Assembly (NCBI GenBank): GCA_965208675.1 | Contig: OZ242351.1 | Coordinates: forward strand, 3,648,001 to 3,712,000 | Length of the DNA: 64,000 nucleotides | Origin: Candidatus Poribacteria bacterium | Lineage (GTDB): Bacteria; Poribacteria; WGA-4E; PCPOR2b | Reading direction: 5' to 3' | In this document: piece by piece, positions 60,302 to 64,000 of the stretch | How positions within the stretch are numbered: position 1 is the stretch's first letter | Layout: the number at the start of each line of letters is the position of its first letter | Program-made: the position numbers and the translations under genes | Notes under the pieces: model-generated | What the model was told of the DNA's origin: nothing | Seen by the model: only the letters and a program-made list of their open reading frames with translations | Database searches by the model: none

Positions 60302-62779
60302 ATGAATCTCAGACTTTTCGTAGCATTTTCAATGCTTGTATTGTTTGCGTTTTCCCTTAAAGCAGAAGAGACGACAACCTCTATAGAGCTAGAAGAGATT
60401 ATCACCGTTGGTACGCGAGTTCCGGAGCGGAGTAGGCTCGATTCACCAGTACCGGTTGATGTCATTAACGAAGACGCAATCCGGAAGACCGGACATACCG
60501 AAGTGGGCCGCGTACTACAGACATTGGCACCGTCATTCAACTTTTCGAGTTCATCAATTAGCGACGGTACTGATGCGCTGCGGCCGGCGACACTTAGAGG
60601 ATTGGGCCCCGATCAGGTACTAGTGCTAGTGAACGGAAAACGGCGTCACGGAAGTGCATTAATTCACGTAAACACTTCTGTCGGCCGTGGTACGGCGGGC
60701 GTGGACATGAATGCGATTCCCACTAGTGCCATCAAACGAATCGAGATATTGCGCGATGGTGCGTCGGCGCAGTACGGTTCAGATGCACTTGCTGGAGTCA
60801 TCAACATAGTGCTAAAAAATGACTACGAGGGAGGATTAGGTTACTCTTACGGCTCTACTTACGCCGGCGACGGTGAAACGTTCTCACTGAACGCCCATAA
60901 AGGGTTTAAATTCGGAAGTGATGGTACTATTCACGGCGCAATTGAATACCGAGACAGACAACCAACTAACCGTGCTGGCTTGTCGGGGGTGATTCAGTAT
61001 CCCGGCAGCGAAGTTAAAGAGGGTAGTCCCGTCCAGCTAGTCAATGACGCTGGTAACAAAGAGCATGGCTTTGACCGTCAAAATTTCCGTATCGGTGATG
61101 CGGAATCTCGGCAAGGCGCCTTAGTTTTGAACTTGGACAAGCCGATTGACAGCATTTGGCAAGGCGCCGCCTTCTACAGTTTCCTTGATTATTCAAATCG
61201 ACAGAACACCAGCGCAGGATTCTACCGAAGAGCCAATCAACTTGACCGTAACCCGGAAGGATCGGACTATCCCGATGGATTCCTTCCGTTAATCAACACA
61301 AGCGTACTTGATTACTCTATTGGGGTCGGAATCAAGCAGAAGTTCAACAGCGGTCTACTGATGGATGCGAGCGTTGTCACGGGCGGCAATAGCTTCGCGT
61401 TCAACATCAGCAATTCACACAACGCCTCGCTTGTCGCTGCGGACGGTTCTAGCCCATCATCGGCGGACGCAGGCGACCTGCGGTTATTCCTCAACACAGT
61501 TGACCTCGATTTTTCACTTCCGACCGACTGGGGAAACGTTGCCGTCGGCGGCGGATTTCGGAACGACATCTACCAAATCACGGCAGGTGAGGAAGTTTCT
61601 TACAAGGATTATGACGGTCCCGGCGGCGCCTCAGGCGGAATCCAAGTTTTCCCTGGCTTCCAGCCCTCAAATGAGGTGAATGAACTGCGTACGGCATTCG
61701 CATTCTACACGGATGTAGAGCTAAATCCCATCGAATCGGTGTTCATCAATCCTGCGGGACGGGTTGAGAACTATAGTGACTTTGGCTCTACCGTCAACGG
61801 CAAGCTGGCGTTGCGTTATGAACCGATTGAAGAGTTAGCACTGCGTGGTTCAGCAAGTACGGGATTTCGCGCACCCTCTATGCAGCAACTGTATTTCAAC
61901 AACGTAAGCACACAATTCAACACCGTTGACGGCCAGTCTGTCGCCCAAGAAATTGGCACATTCCGAAACGACAGCGATATCGCAAAAGCTGTCGGAATTC
62001 CTGAGTTGACGGAAGAGACCGCGGTGAATGTCAGCAGCGGATTCATCCTTCGTCCACTGCCGCGATTGACGCTTACGGCAGATGTTTAGCGGGCAACCAT
62101 TAGCGACCGCATCATCATTAGTGGTCGCTTGGCGAGCGGCAATGAAGGGATTCCGTCAGAAATTAGAAAGAGTCTCGCCGATTCGGGCGTTGCAGGCGCG
62201 CAATTCTTTATGAACGCAGCCGATACTCAAACACAAGGCGTAGATGTTGTGGCGTCCTATACATACCCGGTATTCGAGCAAGGGCGACTCTTACTGAGCT
62301 TCGCCGCAAACTATACGGAAACGGAGATTACCGGCGTAAATCTTCCCGCGAATCTCCCTGAATCTCTCTTCACTGAGCAAGACCGCTCCATCATTGAGAC
62401 GTGGCAACCGAAAGACAGGGTTTCTATGTCAACCCGATATACGAACGGTTCTCTAGAGGTGGACTACGCAGTCCATCGGTATGGTGAATACACCGTGATT
62501 GATGGCGGTAAGAGCCAAACTTTTACACCGAAGTATCTTACCGACATTCAAGTTAGTTACGGGTTGGGCGAGTACGGCCGAATCAAAATTGGAGCGAATA
62601 ACCTGTTCAGCGTCACCCCGGATGAAAACCATATTGGTCAATCGAGAGGCGGGAAAATCGTGGATCCGTGGGGTAACGTAATTGTTGATTCGCCGGGTGT
62701 ATTTACCTATTCGCGGCGTTCTGCACCGTTTGGTTTCAACGGCGGGTTGTATTATGTCGGCTGGGAGAATACGTTTTAA
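60302..62779 (+). pseudogene. TonB-dependent receptor interrupted by one in-frame TAG (62087-62089)
   Basis: Plug LRGLGPDQVLVLVNGKR and IEILRDGASAQYGSDA; the frame continues across the TAG (LTADV*RATISDRIIISG) to GANNLF and a terminal F. Confidence 0.8.
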
Positions 62780-63084
62780 GCGCAATCTGTCGTTCGACCC
62801 GAATCGTGCAATTCGGTCGAGGCGGGGTAGATCCTGCAGTAACCAACTAGTCTGAAAGAACACGCATTAAGTGTCTGTTTGACGCGTCTTAATCCACCCT
62901 TGAAAAGCTATTTTGTGGCAAAAGTTTTGAAGATTGAATTTTTTTGAGTATCGATTGACCAAAATAATAAACAGCTTTTCCTCCTCGGTATTGGGACGCA
63001 ACACTTGAAGTTTTACGTTGCACGCGAACTTGAGGTGCTTCTGCCGACGCATAAGATTTTGGGTGAAACGGATTTGGAGAAAAT

Positions 63085-63903
63085 ATGCTGGGAGCTATCA
63101 TTGGCGACATCGCTGGTTCCATGTACGAGAGCAAACGTTACAGGATTAAAAGGAAGAATTTTCCTTTCTTCGGGAATTATTGTCGTTTCACAGACGACAC
63201 GGTTTGCACGGTCGCAGTGGCTGATATTCTGCTGCATAACCTCCCACCAGCGCAGACAATGCAGAAGTGGTGCCGACGTTTTCCGAACCGTGGCTACGGC
63301 GGTAGTTTTAGAGACTGGATATATACAGATCAACCCGAACCCTATAACAGTTACGGAAATGGCGCAGCGATGCGTGTCTCTCCAGCGGCGTTTACGAACC
63401 GTGCAAATTTGAGTGCTGCGCTTTCTGCCTCCGACAAGGTAACGGAGATTACGCACAATCACCCGGAAGGTATGAAAGGCGCACGGGCAACGACACACGC
63501 TATTTGGCTCGCGTATCATGGCGAAGCCCAGGAGCACATCCGCAAAGTTATCGCCACCGAATACGGTTACGAGCTTGCCCAGACGGTAGACGATATCCGT
63601 TCCAATTACCCGCCTGAATATCCCTCGGTATTTACTCCCGGGTTCCCTGGTCCCGTGACCTGCATGGGGTCGGTTCCACAAGCAATAACATGTGCGCTGG
63701 AGTCAGAGAGCTTTGAAGACGCTGTGCGTAATGCCATCTCCCTCGGCGGTGATTCTGACACGCTTGCTGCCATTGCTGGTTCGATTGCCGAAGCATTGCA
63801 CGGAATTCCTGATGAACAAAAACTACTGGTAGAAGAACGATACCTTTTCAACGCCCCAGACATCCTTGAAGTGACACAAGAGATGTATCGAACTTCTGAT
63901 TAG
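63085..63903 (+). CDS. ADP-ribosylglycohydrolase (DraG family)
   Basis: GAIIGDIAGS, FTDDT, SYGNGAAMR, THNHPEG, GGDSDT. Confidence 0.93.
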   Translation: MLGAIIGDIAGSMYESKRYRIKRKNFPFFGNYCRFTDDTVCTVAVADILLHNLPPAQTMQKWCRRFPNRGYGGSFRDWIYTDQPEPYNSYGNGAAMRVSPAAFTNRANLSAALSASDKVTEITHNHPEGMKGARATTHAIWLAYHGEAQEHIRKVIATEYGYELAQTVDDIRSNYPPEYPSVFTPGFPGPVTCMGSVPQAITCALESESFEDAVRNAISLGGDSDTLAAIAGSIAEALHGIPDEQKLLVEERYLFNAPDILEVTQEMYRTSD

Positions 63904-64000
63904 CGAATCTTCCAAGATTCGTCCGTGTATTGCTCTTTAATGAAATTCATCTGCTCGGGTTATCGATCGCTAGTTCACTTCGGTGAGCGTAATTTATCGC

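Noticed and set aside
60302-62779. Genome-wide TAG reassignment
   Set aside because: rpoD, dcd, the TPR gene, the 47274 oxidoreductase and draG all end at TAG at their expected C-termini.

Overview
Bacterial chromosomal segment, most likely Candidatus Poribacteria (inferred from five secreted paralogs with the C-terminal xVxPxGKLAxxWxx[IL]K motif and an NYPNPFNPETWIPY FlgD-Ig tail). Core genes: TPR-mutS2-dnaG-rpoD, smc, glnA-glnB, dcd, rnhB-yraN and tRNA-Val(CAC), tRNA-Ile2/Met(CAT) and tRNA-Gly(CCC), interleaved with accessory catabolic and secreted genes. The standout is at 24.1-27.9 kb. An ECF sigma factor with a candidate ECF promoter is followed, where an anti-sigma usually sits, by a ~1039-aa single-chain miniature beta-beta' RNA polymerase homolog. 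It keeps the conserved RNAP blocks in order, including the sigma2-binding clamp helices, but lacks the flap, Zn finger, trigger loop and jaw, and carries NANFDGD in place of NADFDGD. It may be a sigma-binding RNAP mimic or an atypical minimal polymerase. Other points: a CUAEP-tail radical SAM selenoprotein with a SECIS-like hairpin, a PspA/IM30 + AAA ATPase locus, a CADD-like enzyme, a 129-bp IS5-type MITE, two genes apparently needing AUA/AUU starts, an in-frame TAG in a TonB receptor and a frameshifted VOC gene. All assignments come from manual motif reading; no database searches were run.
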